Assembly (NCBI RefSeq): GCF_964355755.1
Contig: NC_092680.1
Coordinates: 14,207,045 to 14,271,044 of the forward strand
Source of the DNA: Antedon mediterranea
Taxonomy: Eukaryota; Animalia; Echinodermata
Direction of reading: 5' to 3'
DNA: 64,000 nucleotides
How positions within the stretch are numbered: position 1 is the first letter of the stretch; every line of letters begins with the position of its first letter. The notes under the pieces are model-generated. The model was not told the DNA's origin, did not search any database, and saw only the letters and a list, made by a program, of their open reading frames with translations. Shown one piece after another: positions 1-10,850 of the stretch. The translations under genes and the position numbers were made by a program.

Positions 1-594
1 CGAATTGTACAATTTGTGCGTGTTTTTAATGAAAAAATTCAAAAATTCGTCAAAATTATGACTTTTTAAACAATCATAGATTCTAAACTACGAGGTAAAC
101 TTTTTTTTACTTACATATTCTGGAAGGTGATGAGTTGTAGATATCGGATCATTAATCAATATGGCTAACCGGACATTGTGACATCATCGTATGGCCACAC
201 GAATGTAAAATATCGGATTTTTTACTCTTTCGTTATTGCTCATCACATTAAATGGAGCGCATCACGCTTATCTGTATTCCTTTTTCTCCGAGATTTTAAT
301 AGTGTCTAGGTCAATCAACTATCTTATGCACGAGTTAAAAATATTTAATTTTTATAACATCATCATGCCTAAAAATTTAAATTACGTGTATACAGATTAT
401 ACTGTGTACTTTAAAATGTATATACAATATGACAAAAAAATAGACAGCATTTAGCACTAACAACATATCATATTCTTCAGTTCAGGTCATAATACCATAA
501 TCTTTTTCTGTGTGCAACATTCCAACGTATGACGTGCACGTGGCGTTTGACGAGCGGATAACTAACTCGTCAAAGTGACGAGTTTCATGTCTAG
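1..594 (+). mobile_element. Helentron-associated non-autonomous element family A, 3' part of a copy nested in another A copy
   Basis: Ends with sub-TIR GCGGATAACTAA, hairpin AACTCGTCA-aag-TGACGAGTT and CTAG (591-594). The sequence after it resumes inside the (TTCC/TTTC) microsatellite of another A copy. Confidence 0.75.
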
Positions 595-2146
595 TTCTTC
601 TTTCCTTCCTTCCTTTTTGTGAGTCGCGTTTCTCTAAAATGTGTAAACATAACATTTCATAACTTTGACAACATATGGGCATTTACGTGAAGTTGTGCAC
701 CTCCTATTTTTGAATGACGTCATAGTTGCGCAACGTGACTTACGCGCAATTTTATGAATTTCAATGATTGATCATAGATTAAAAACCAAAAGTCATTTAG
801 TATTGACACTTTGACAAAATTTAAGTCATATCAGGGGCAAACTTTCTACGGATTAAAAATGGCATGTTTCACAAGAAGTTACGCGCGCACGCGCATTTAA
901 AATTTCAAAATGCGCAAAATTAATTTCTAATCAACTTTTTACGCGTTTCATGTCATTTTGAGCATGTCAAAAATTCCCACGGGCGCGCAATTTTTTACGC
1001 ACGCGGTGCGCATGTAGCGATAAAAACATATTTTTTTCTCTTGAATTATATTTTTCAAGCCTTTCCTAGTAATTTTGAAAACAATTTAGAACTTTTCCAG
1101 TTTAAATAACGCCATACGAACACGTTGAATTAGACAATTTGTGCGCGTTTTTTATGAAAAAGCTTAAAAAATCATCAAAATAATGTCTTTTTTTAAACAG
1201 TCATAGTTTCTAAAGTAAACCGTGAACCGTTTATTTTTATAACAAAATCTAGAAGTTGATGAGTTGCAGATATCGGATCATGCATCGATAAGGCTAAAAA
1301 AACATTGTGACGTAATCGTATGGCCACACGAATGTAAAATATAGGATTTTTGTCTGTTTCGTTATTGCTCATCACATTCAATGGAGCGCATCACGCTTAT
1401 CTGTATTCCTTTTTCTCCTATATTTATATATTGTCTAGGTCAATCAACTTTCTTTAGCATGAGATAAAAATATTTTAATTTTTATAACGTCATCATGCCT
1501 AAAAATTTTAATTACGTGGGTCATTAATTTCATCTTTACAGTCAATTTTAATCTGTAATAGCTCGTAAGAATAAAATGTGATAATCACGATTAAAACGTT
1601 TTCTGGAAGCTATAGGATTGTAGATACGAATTCATGTAAACATTTTGCCAATCGGATGTTGTGACGTCATCACATTGCCAGTTGAATAAAAAAAGTCGTA
1701 TTTTCATATTTTGCGTAATAGTTCATCACATTTAAATGTGCGCGCACCAACATTTTACGTATTCAAATTTCTTCTACACGTTAATATGTTGTTGCTAAGA
1801 TAATTTTCTTCAGAAATTGCTATCGTTGTGTTGTTTTTTTTATGACGTCATCATGTTAAATATTTGAATTAAAGGCAGGTCCCATAATTCAGTTAATATG
1901 TCATATAATAATACAGTAGTACAATGTACACCAGCATAGTCACTGATGTGAGCAAATTGTTGTTTGCTGCCCTCTGTATCATGTAGAATTAATGTCTCCT
2001 TTTATACACAGTGTACTGTATAATTATAATAGCCTACAAGGCGAAAATACAGGACCACCTCTTATTATAGTTTTTAACGTATGACGTGCACGTGGCATCT
2101 GTCGTGCGGATAACTAACTCGTCAAAGTGACGAGTTTCATGTCTAG
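595..2146 (+). mobile_element. Helentron-associated element family A (host copy, 5' end outside window)
   Basis: Colinear with 2295-3799, with the same sub-TIR, hairpin and CTAG end at 2143-2146. Confidence 0.75.
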
Positions 2147-5100
2147 TTAGGTTATATGCATGATATGCATATAACCTCTTGATTCTGTCAAAATCTTTAT
2201 TTATTTATTTATTTATTTATTAGTTATCCGCTTAGTAGCGGATAACTCCTTGTAATCGTCCTGTTTCATCAAATTTTTTTTCTGTATTATACTTCTTTCT
2301 TTCTGTCATTTTTGTGCGTCGCGTTTCTCTAAAACGTGTAGACAGAACATATCGTAACTTTGTCAACATATCGACATTTACGTGAACTTGTGCACCTCCT
2401 ATTTTTGAATGACGTCAGAGTTGCGCAACGTGACTTACGTGCGATTTTATGAATTTCAATGATTGATCATAGACTAAAAACCAAACATAATTTTGTTTTG
2501 AAACTTTGTGAAAATTTAAGTCATATCAAGCGCAAACTTTCTATGGATTAAAAATAGCATGTTTCACAAAAAGTTACGCGCGCACGCGCGTTTAAAATTT
2601 TAACGTGCGAAATATAAACTTCTAATCAACTTTCTATGCGTTTCATGTCATTTTGAGCATGTCAAAAATTCCCACTCGCGCGAACATTTTTACGCACGCG
2701 GTGCACACGTAGCGTTAAAAACATATTTTTTTCGCGTGATTTATGTTTTTTCAGCCTTTTCTAGTAATGTTACCAAATTTTAAACAATTTCGACTTAAAA
2801 TTACGGCATACGAGCACGTCGAATTAGATAATTTGCACGCGTATTTGGTGAAAAAGTTCAAAAATTCGTCAAAATTATGCCTATTTTTAAACAGTCATAG
2901 ATTCTAAACTACATGGAGAACTTTTTTTTAATTACATATTCTGGAAGTTGATGAGTTGTAGATATCGGATCATGCATTAATATGGCTAACCGGACATTGT
3001 GACGTCATCGTATGGCCACGCGAATATAAAATATAGGATTTTTGTCTCTTTCGTCATAGCTCATCACATTTAATAGAGCGCATCTCCACTTATTCGTTGT
3101 CCATTTTCATTCCGATTTTAATATATTCTAGATCTATCAACTATCTTTTGCATGAATTAAAAATTTTAAAATTTTTTTAACGTCATTATGCCTAAAAATT
3201 TAAATTACGTTGGTCATTAATTTCATCTTTACAGTAAATTTTAATCTGTTATGCCTCGTAAGAATAAAATGTGATAATCACAATTAAAACGTTTTCAGGA
3301 AGCTATTGTATTGTAGATACAAAATCATGTGTAAATTGTGCCAATTGAATGTTGTGACGTCATCATATGGCCAGTTAAATAAAAAAAGTCGTATTTTCAT
3401 CTTTTGCATTATATTTCATTACATTTAAAAGAGCACGCATCAATATTTCACGTATTCAAATTTCTTCTACACATTAATACGTTGTTGCTGAGATAATTTC
3501 ATTCAGAAATTTCTACTTTTACATTTCATTTTGAAACCGTCAAGATGTTAAAAATTACAATAAAATACGGGTCCCGTAATTTCACCTATTTTACACTGTT
3601 TGTGATATGTATACAGATTGTACTGTGTATACTATATGACACAAAATAACAGAATTCAGAAATAACAACATATCATATTCTTCAGTTCAGGTCATAATGC
3701 CTTAATATTTTTCTGTGTGCAATATTCTAACGTATGACGTGCACGTGGCGTTTGTCGAGCGGATAACTAACTCGTCAAAGTGACGAGTTTCATGTCTAGT
3801 TTATTCTTTCCTTAGCACTATTTTGTCCGTGAATTATCTTGATATCAGTTTCATCTATCTAAGTCAATTTTTCAGAGTATATTCCTTATGGCCAGGAATC
3901 GATGTGGTTATATTTTCACGATGCGTAATCAAAAATTACGCGGTCTACGCGCGATTTTACGAAATCACGTTTGTAATCATATCTTCACAAGCATGAATCA
4001 CAATTAAACAAAATTTGGTACTCATAAATTTCAGGTCATATTTCATCATATGGCAATACAATTACGTGCGTAGCGCATATAACGCTTGCGTACGCGCGCT
4101 TAAAATGTTCAAAATTGTCAAAATTTATTTTCGATGAAATTAGAGTACGTTTCAGGCAATTTTAAGCGTTTAAAAAATTGCCATGAGTGCGCAGATTTTT
4201 GCACGCGCACTGCGCGTTATACGTTAATGCGCACTCTTTTTGTCCGATTTCGGTTGTACAACCTTTCTTTAATAATATCATCATATTTTATTCACTTTTC
4301 AACGCGTAATTGCCTTATACGAGCACGTCAAAAGTGACAGGCTACGCACGTGTAAGTTAACAAAATGGTGAAAATATGCTAAATTTTAAAATTAATATAG
4401 ATCGTCAAAATGCTCGGGAACACATATTTTTTATTTCATTTTCTTGAAGTGTATGTATCTTATGTATGATTTATTATTAAACTAAGGGAACAAAAGTTGA
4501 TTAAGCCATAATTGATTGCATATTAAATTAAAAAAAATTCATTTCGACAATCAAACAAATTATGACATTTTCTTAGGCCAAAATAACAAACTTAACATTA
4601 ACTTTCTTCCTCCAAAAGTTCATATATTAAAGTTAAAAGTATATAGTTTGACAGTGCATCATTTTTGTACATTTTTAGAGATGTCATCATAGTAAAAAAT
4701 TATAATTCATTGCGGTATTTAATAATCTATCTGCACCAAAGTGGTTACTGCATAGTAAATACACGGAGGAATTTTTCTACAATTTTTAGACAGTTGTGTA
4801 TGGCTCGGTGGTGTGTGCTCGTGTCTATGGCACTCAAGGTACCGAGATCGAGTCTCACCTTGGGAAACGAAATAAGATTTTTTTTTTTATTATCCGTATT
4901 GTTTGTTCAAATTTATTTCTTAGTGTATATATTATACACATGATTTATAATGAAATCTAGATAAAAAATAACTTATGTCTTTATTATTATGTAACAGCAA
5001 ATGTGGTTTATGACATTATACGCAGAGGGATCTTTGATCGGATTGTGATACCGGCTATTGTATTCGCGTTAGCAAGGTCCTATCATATATTATAAATAAT

Positions 5101-5210
5101 TATAGAATCTGAGAAAATCAATGAATCAAAATATCTTTTAAAAATCAATTATCTTTATTAAAATCAATGCATATAACCTATAATTCGTCATAGTGACGAA
5201 TTAAATCTAG
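2147..5210 (+). mobile_element. Helentron-associated element family B, interrupted by the family A copy
   Basis: 5' TTAGGTTATATGCA-tga-tATGCATATAACCT palindrome then (TTTA)n. Resumes at 3800. 3' sub-TIR ATGCATATAACCTA, hairpin AATTCGTCA-tag-TGACGAATT, CTAG at 5207-5210. Confidence 0.78.
2220..3799 (+). mobile_element. Full-length Helentron-associated (DINE-1/HINE-like) element family A, about 1.58 kb
   Basis: 5' TTAGTTATCCGC-ttagta-GCGGATAACT palindrome, short microsatellite, 3' sub-TIR GCGGATAACTAA, hairpin, CTAG. Inserted in a T-rich (TTTA)n tract with no TSD. Confidence 0.8.
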
Positions 5211-5667
5211 TTTGATTTATATCGTTGATGGATTTGATATATTTTTTCATTTAAGTATAAGTATATATTTTTGTATAATTCAACCCAAAAGTTGCAATAA
5301 AAGTATTTTATCAGTTAAGTCAGAAATGTATGCGAGGCATCGTTTTACCATCATCAAAAAATGCGAGGCATCATTTTATCATTTCTCAAAATTGCAAGGC
5401 ATGAAATAACCGAAATTGAAGTAGCCTAGGCCTAGGCCCGCTAGGCTAGTTTCCTTTTGCACCCGCCTTGTATTTTAACCAACTTTATCCTGAATACCAC
5501 AGCTTAGAATTACGGGGCGCCGTTTGGGACATTGCTAATTTTGTCGAAATATTACAATTTTGTCTACACATAATTAATTTTGTCAATACAAAATTCATTT
5601 TGTCAACACAAAATTCATTTTGTATTGACAAAATTCATTTTTTGTTGACAAAATTTATTCTGTGTGG

Positions 5668-7298
5668 TGTAACAAATTACCATTCCCTAACATATAGAGT
5701 AACATAGTATTTACATGAACATTCTAGAATAAGATGTTTTGATTTAAGAAACCATGTATAATTAATAAGAACAATCAAGAACATTCCAGAAGTGCTATTA
5801 ATAGAAACTGTAATCATGTAATAATGAGAAGTATAAAGAATGATCTAGAAGGATAGGAGCATCTTGTATATAAAGGGTTGTAAACTATTGTACCGGGTTG
5901 TTGGATTAGAGGTTGGATTAGAGGTTGGATGTTATATTGTAAAGTCATTGAGAAGCTGTTGTTTAAAGTGCTTACTGGATTGTCAAAAGTTGAAGTTGAT
6001 TGAAATTAAAGCTTTGTTTTTGAGTTATTTTTCAACTTTGTGGATTTGGTGTGTATACTTTTATGTCACAAGGGAGTTCCTAAAGTATTTTCAACCGCTC
6101 GGAAACATACGTGAGAGGAGTTCGTGACATAATTTGGTGGCAGCGGTGTTCAGCCTAATTTGGTGGCAGCGGTTATTTCGATCTACTGTTCGACTTAACT
6201 GTGTATTTATCTACGGTTGTGATATTTTGTGGTAGCAGTTTGATCTACTGTATTTTGCCATAGATTGGTGGCTGTTTTAGGATCAACTGTACTTTTATTG
6301 ATATTTTGTGAAAGCGGTACTTACGATACTGTGAGATTTTACGGAAGCCGTGGTGCTACGTTTTGTTTAATCGTGAGTACACAAACATTGTTTTAAGAAC
6401 AGTACATTATTTATTTGGAACAGTAGACTTGTGAACGTCTCGGTAACTACGATTAACTAGTAACAAGACCCTCATCCAGATTTAAAATATGGCTGATAAA
6501 CAATCAACAACAAGATCCGGTAGAGAATACAGCGGCGGCGATGAATCTGATTCTGATATAGAATCGGTTCAGTCATTACAACCTGAACAACAGACACAAG
6601 AGTCTGTACCAACCAGTGGACATAACCCTACAGGGGCTGACTCATCTTCAAAAAATGTTTGGTTGTTGATGCAGCACCAAATGCAACAGTGGAATCTTAT
6701 GATGCAGCAGCAAATGCAACAGCAAATGCAGCAACAGAATCTTATGATGCGGCAGATGATAGAACATTTTTTTGAGAAAAAGTTTCAAAATAGGAAACAC
6801 GAAAATCAAAACAACCAGGAGAAAACAGTGAAAGGCACTCCTGAAGTTGACACTAGAGATCATGCTAGAAAAGAAAAACTAAGAGAGGAAAACGAATTAA
6901 ATTTGGAAAAAGCTTCTGGGGTTATTTCACGTCAGTTAGATGATGTGGTTAATTTTCAAGAAGAATTTGGACATTTAGATGGCCAACTACTCAGTAACAA
7001 CCCTCCCAAGGAAAAAGTTTATAAAACCAGAAGTGAGAAACGAAAAGTTAGGAAAGAGTTTGCAAAAACAAAGGAAGCTCAATCTAGCCAAGATAGTGAA
7101 TTAGACATTTTAGATATTGGCAGAGATAAAATTAAGGATTATCAGGTTAAGGATAGAACTTTAATTTCACTTCGAGAACAGATGAGTTTTGAGTTATTTT
7201 ACAACTTTGTGGATTTGGTGTGTATACTTTTATGCCACAAGGGAGTTCCTAAAGTATTTTCAACCGCTCGAAAACATACGTGAGAGGAGTTCGTGACA
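5668..7298 (+). mobile_element. Internally deleted Gypsy-type LTR retrotransposon
   Basis: 5' LTR 5668-6129 (TG...CA), tRNA-Leu-type PBS TGGTGGCAGCGGTG at 6135-6148, truncated 3' LTR about 7186-7298 nearly identical to 6017-6129, and 4-bp TSD GTGG (5664-5667, 7299-7302). Confidence 0.88.
6489..7283 (+). pseudogene. Chimeric gag N-terminus / pol-linker ORF of the deleted LTR element (264 aa)
   Basis: Begins downstream of the PBS with TRSG and a Q-rich coiled segment. The later TRS...LDIGRDKIKDYQVKDRTL resembles the pre-integrase linker. The ORF reads into the 3' LTR and has no RT, RNase H or integrase core. Confidence 0.55.
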
Positions 7299-7720
7299 GT
7301 GGACAAAATTCATTTTGTCTCGACAAAATGAATTCTGTGTAAACAAAATTAATTCTGTGTAGACAAAATTAATTCTGTGTTGACAAAATTAATTCTGTGT
7401 AGACAAAATTCATTCTGTAACGACAAAATTCATTTTGTGGCGACAAAATTCATTTTGTGGCGACAAAATTAATTCTGTAACGACAAAATTCATTTTGTGT
7501 AGACAAAATTAATTCTGTGTGGACAAAATTAATTCTGTGTAGACAAAATTAATTCTGTGTGGACAAAATTAATTCTGTGTGGACAAAATTAATTCTGTGT
7601 GGACAAAATTAATTCTGTGTAGACAAAATTCATTCTGTGTAGACAAAATGAATTTTGTTGCAACAAAATTCATTTTGTCGAGACAAAATAAATTTTGTCG
7701 CAACAAAATAAATTTTGTTA
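7299..7720 (+). repeat. 20-bp tandem repeat (GACAAAATTAATTCTGTGTA) forming the left TIR arm
   Basis: Visible tandem array. The reverse-complement array is at about 10095-10600. Confidence 0.9.
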
Positions 7721-8173
7721 GCCGAGCATACTCAAGCGTGGGACAAAACGTTTTTTAAAACATTTTGTCCCACGCTTGAGTTGGCTCCGTTTTAATATTT
7801 AAATTAGAAGGCGGAGTTTAAACGTGAAAAGGGCAAGACAGGGTGAAGCTATCTTTGACATTTGTTATTGGTTAAGTTATTATGGCTGAGCATGCCTCCG
7901 TCTCTATTGCTATCATATTAATCTATTTTATAATATCAGGGAACCCCTGAAAATATCAGATATGATCAGTATTCATACTTTGACAATTTAATATCTACGT
8001 CGTCAGTAATAATTATCATTATAATGTATTTTATACTAAAAAATCGGAAAATGGTTTTCATTAGAGCCCTGCTTATTACAGTAAAATTGTAGTAATGGGG
8101 CTATTTAATATTTTGTCGTTTAAAATATTATTTATTAATCTTATAAAATGTATATACTTTATTTTAAAATTAA

Positions 8174-8498
8174 AGATGTATTGTCTCCCAAAATCATGAA
8201 AAATAAAGAATAGGCCATTATGCAGTTTTAATGAAGTTGTTCACTTCCATAAGAAAAAAGAACGGGGAAAAAAATTATTTCAACTATAAAAAGACAAAAT
8301 AAACAGTTAAATTACCCAAAAACTCATTGGCTTCCAGACAATTTGACAATTTTTTGCTTTAAATTACAGTTTTTTCAGGTAAATAATTTTTTTTCAGACC
8401 CAATTTTTTGTGAAAGTGAATAACTATTATGTGACATTAAAATAACATATTCAACAAAAAGATTAAAAAAAACATTTTTTTCAGGGGACAATATATCT
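8174..8498. mobile_element. Kolobok-like MITE (TTAA TSD, AG...CT termini)
   Basis: TTAA-AGATGTATTGTCTCC ... GGGGACAATATATCT-TTAA. Confidence 0.7.
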
Positions 8499-10094
8499 TT
8501 AAGATAATAATAATCATTGCAGAAATAATGATGCTGAAAGCTGTCCGTTATTTGAAAAAAAAAACATTTAAAGAACTGACTACAAAAGATTGCTCACGTT
8601 CGTTTTATTATAACAGTCATCCACCCTGCGAAACCTAATAACCTTTAACCTACAGTAGTAGTAGGCCAGGTAGCCTATGTTGGCTAGGTTCAGGACTGAT
8701 TGCCCATAAAACATTCGATGTATAAATATCAACACCCCAGACAGTGTAATAATGACCTTTCCAGACCGAAAACCATTCTGGTTTGACTGAGGGTCTGGGC
8801 TTCTCCAAGATTACGCAAGTTGTCTAGGACCTCTTCAGGTAAAGCTTCAATAATGGGGCTATTCGATTCGATTCGAACATTCGATGTATAAATATCAACA
8901 CCCCAGACAGTGTAATAATGACCTTTCCAGACCGAAAACCATTCTGCCCGAAATTACAATACTTTCTTGATACAACTCCATATTTTATTAGTGGAAAATG
9001 CATTTTTATTTAACATCAATCTTATCAAGCCAGGCAAAGACTGAATACGTACATTAAAAGTACAAAGAACAATGTAAACCTATAAACAATTATTTGCAAT
9101 AAGCAATGTATAATAAATAAAATCAATCATGGAGAAGGTGAAAGGATTATATACACTGCCATGGGAATGGATACTTGAGTGGCGCCATATGTCAGTTGTG
9201 TGAACACCCATATAACTATTTGGTCAAAGTTGAATTATATCTTTCGAGGGTGTAAATATATAATAATATGCAACCGAGAGTAAAATTAATAGTTAAACGT
9301 AAATTTGAAATTAAATTTAACTTTTTAACGACAATTTGCAATATCATAATCTATGGCGTACCAAACTGTCATTTATTTAGGCAACTAAAATATCTTAGTT
9401 TTTAATAGATGTAGTTATAGTTTACAATATAGATCTTAGGTTCCAATAGAGATATATCCCTGTTATAACCAAGATATCTTTTCAATAAAGATATCTCTAT
9501 TATTCCAATTAGAGACAATTAATATATGTCTTAAGAGATATATCATAGTTTTGTTCCCTTGAGTTAGGCCTATTAGCAATTTAGTATTCCTATCAAATAA
9601 ACTTGGTAGGCCTATATAGACGACGCAATTCCCATAAGAATAAATAGGCCTATACTAACTATTATATTAAAATAAATGTATTATCTAAAATCATTTCATT
9701 ACTACTCAACTTATCAGATGTTATCGTAAATAGTGTTGTCATTTTCTTTATCAATATTATCGGTATCGATATAAATCTTCAACCATCTTTAATATTTATT
9801 ACCAAAATTGGTAGGCATATAGGGCTACACGGGAGGGCTACGTGTTCCGTTTTGCTGAATCGGAATTAATTTTAAGTATACAATAATATTGTTATACGTC
9901 AGTATAAACTGTACTTATACTCGACGCAAAGTATTCAAGTTCACCGGTGTAGAGGAGGTCGTAAAATGATATTCGCGAGCTGTTTGATCGTAGGCCTATA
10001 ACTGTCAATCTTCGAGTTTCCAATAACAACCCCGCCTTCTAATTTAAATGTTAAAACGTTTTGTCCCACGCTTGAGTAGGCTCGGCTAACAACA

Positions 10095-10600
10095 TTTATT
10101 TTGTCGCGACAAAATAAATTTTGTTGCAACAAAATGAATTTTGTCTCCTACACAGAATGAATTTTGTCTCCTACACAGAATAAATTTTGTCTACACAGAA
10201 TACATTTTGTCGCCACAAAATGAATTTTGTCCACACAGAATTAATTTTGTCTACACAGAATTAATTTTGTCGTTACAGAATGAATTTTGTCTACACAAAA
10301 TGAATTTTGTCGTTACAGAATGAATTTTGTCGCCACAAAATGAATTTTGTCGTTACAGAATGAATTTTGTCTACACAGAATTAATTTTGTCAACACAGAA
10401 TTAATTTTGTCTACACAGAATGAATTTTGTTTACACAGAATGAATTTTGTCGAGACAAAATGAATTTTGTCAAGACAAAATTAATTTTGTCCACACAGAA
10501 TAAATTTTGTATTGACAAAATACATTTTGTCAATACAAAATGAATTTTGTGTTGACAAAATGAATTTTGTATTGACAAAATTAATTTTCGACAAAATTAG
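10095..10600 (-). repeat. 20-bp tandem repeat forming the right TIR arm
   Basis: Reverse complement of 5555-5667 plus 7299-7720. Confidence 0.9.
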
Positions 10601-10850
10601 CATTGTCCCATAAGGCGCCCCGTATAGAATTAGTAGGCGTACTTTAATGAAGAAAAATCACATAAAAGTAACAATAAATCCATTAAATTGGTGATTTTAC
10701 AGACGTTGTTTTTCTCGCATTTCACACACTCAATGTTCAATATTTTGGTTTCTATGGAACGCCAAAAGAGCAAAATTAATTAGATGGCTAAACACTCTGT
10801 GGAATCCATTTATATTTAACGCATTATTTGGTGAAAATCAAGTACAATTT

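Larger units (their letters stand above)
5511..10624. mobile_element. Non-autonomous foldback DNA transposon, IS3EU-like (TAC...GTA termini, 6-bp TSD)
   Basis: TIR ends TACGGGGCGCC / GGCGCCCCGTA. TSD TAGAAT at 5505-5510 and 10625-10630. An empty paralogous site lies in reverse at about 13612-13632. The long TIR arms are built from 20-bp tandem repeats. Confidence 0.8.

Noticed and set aside
8710-8947. About 70-bp direct duplication and coding-like stretch inside the IS3EU-like element
   Set aside because: No recognisable transposase motif and interrupted by stops; it is probably a local duplication of decayed internal sequence.
7299-10600. Regularly spaced short repeats resembling a CRISPR array
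   Set aside because: The 20-bp units are contiguous with no unique spacers, form the inverted arms of a transposon, and sit in eukaryotic DNA without cas genes.
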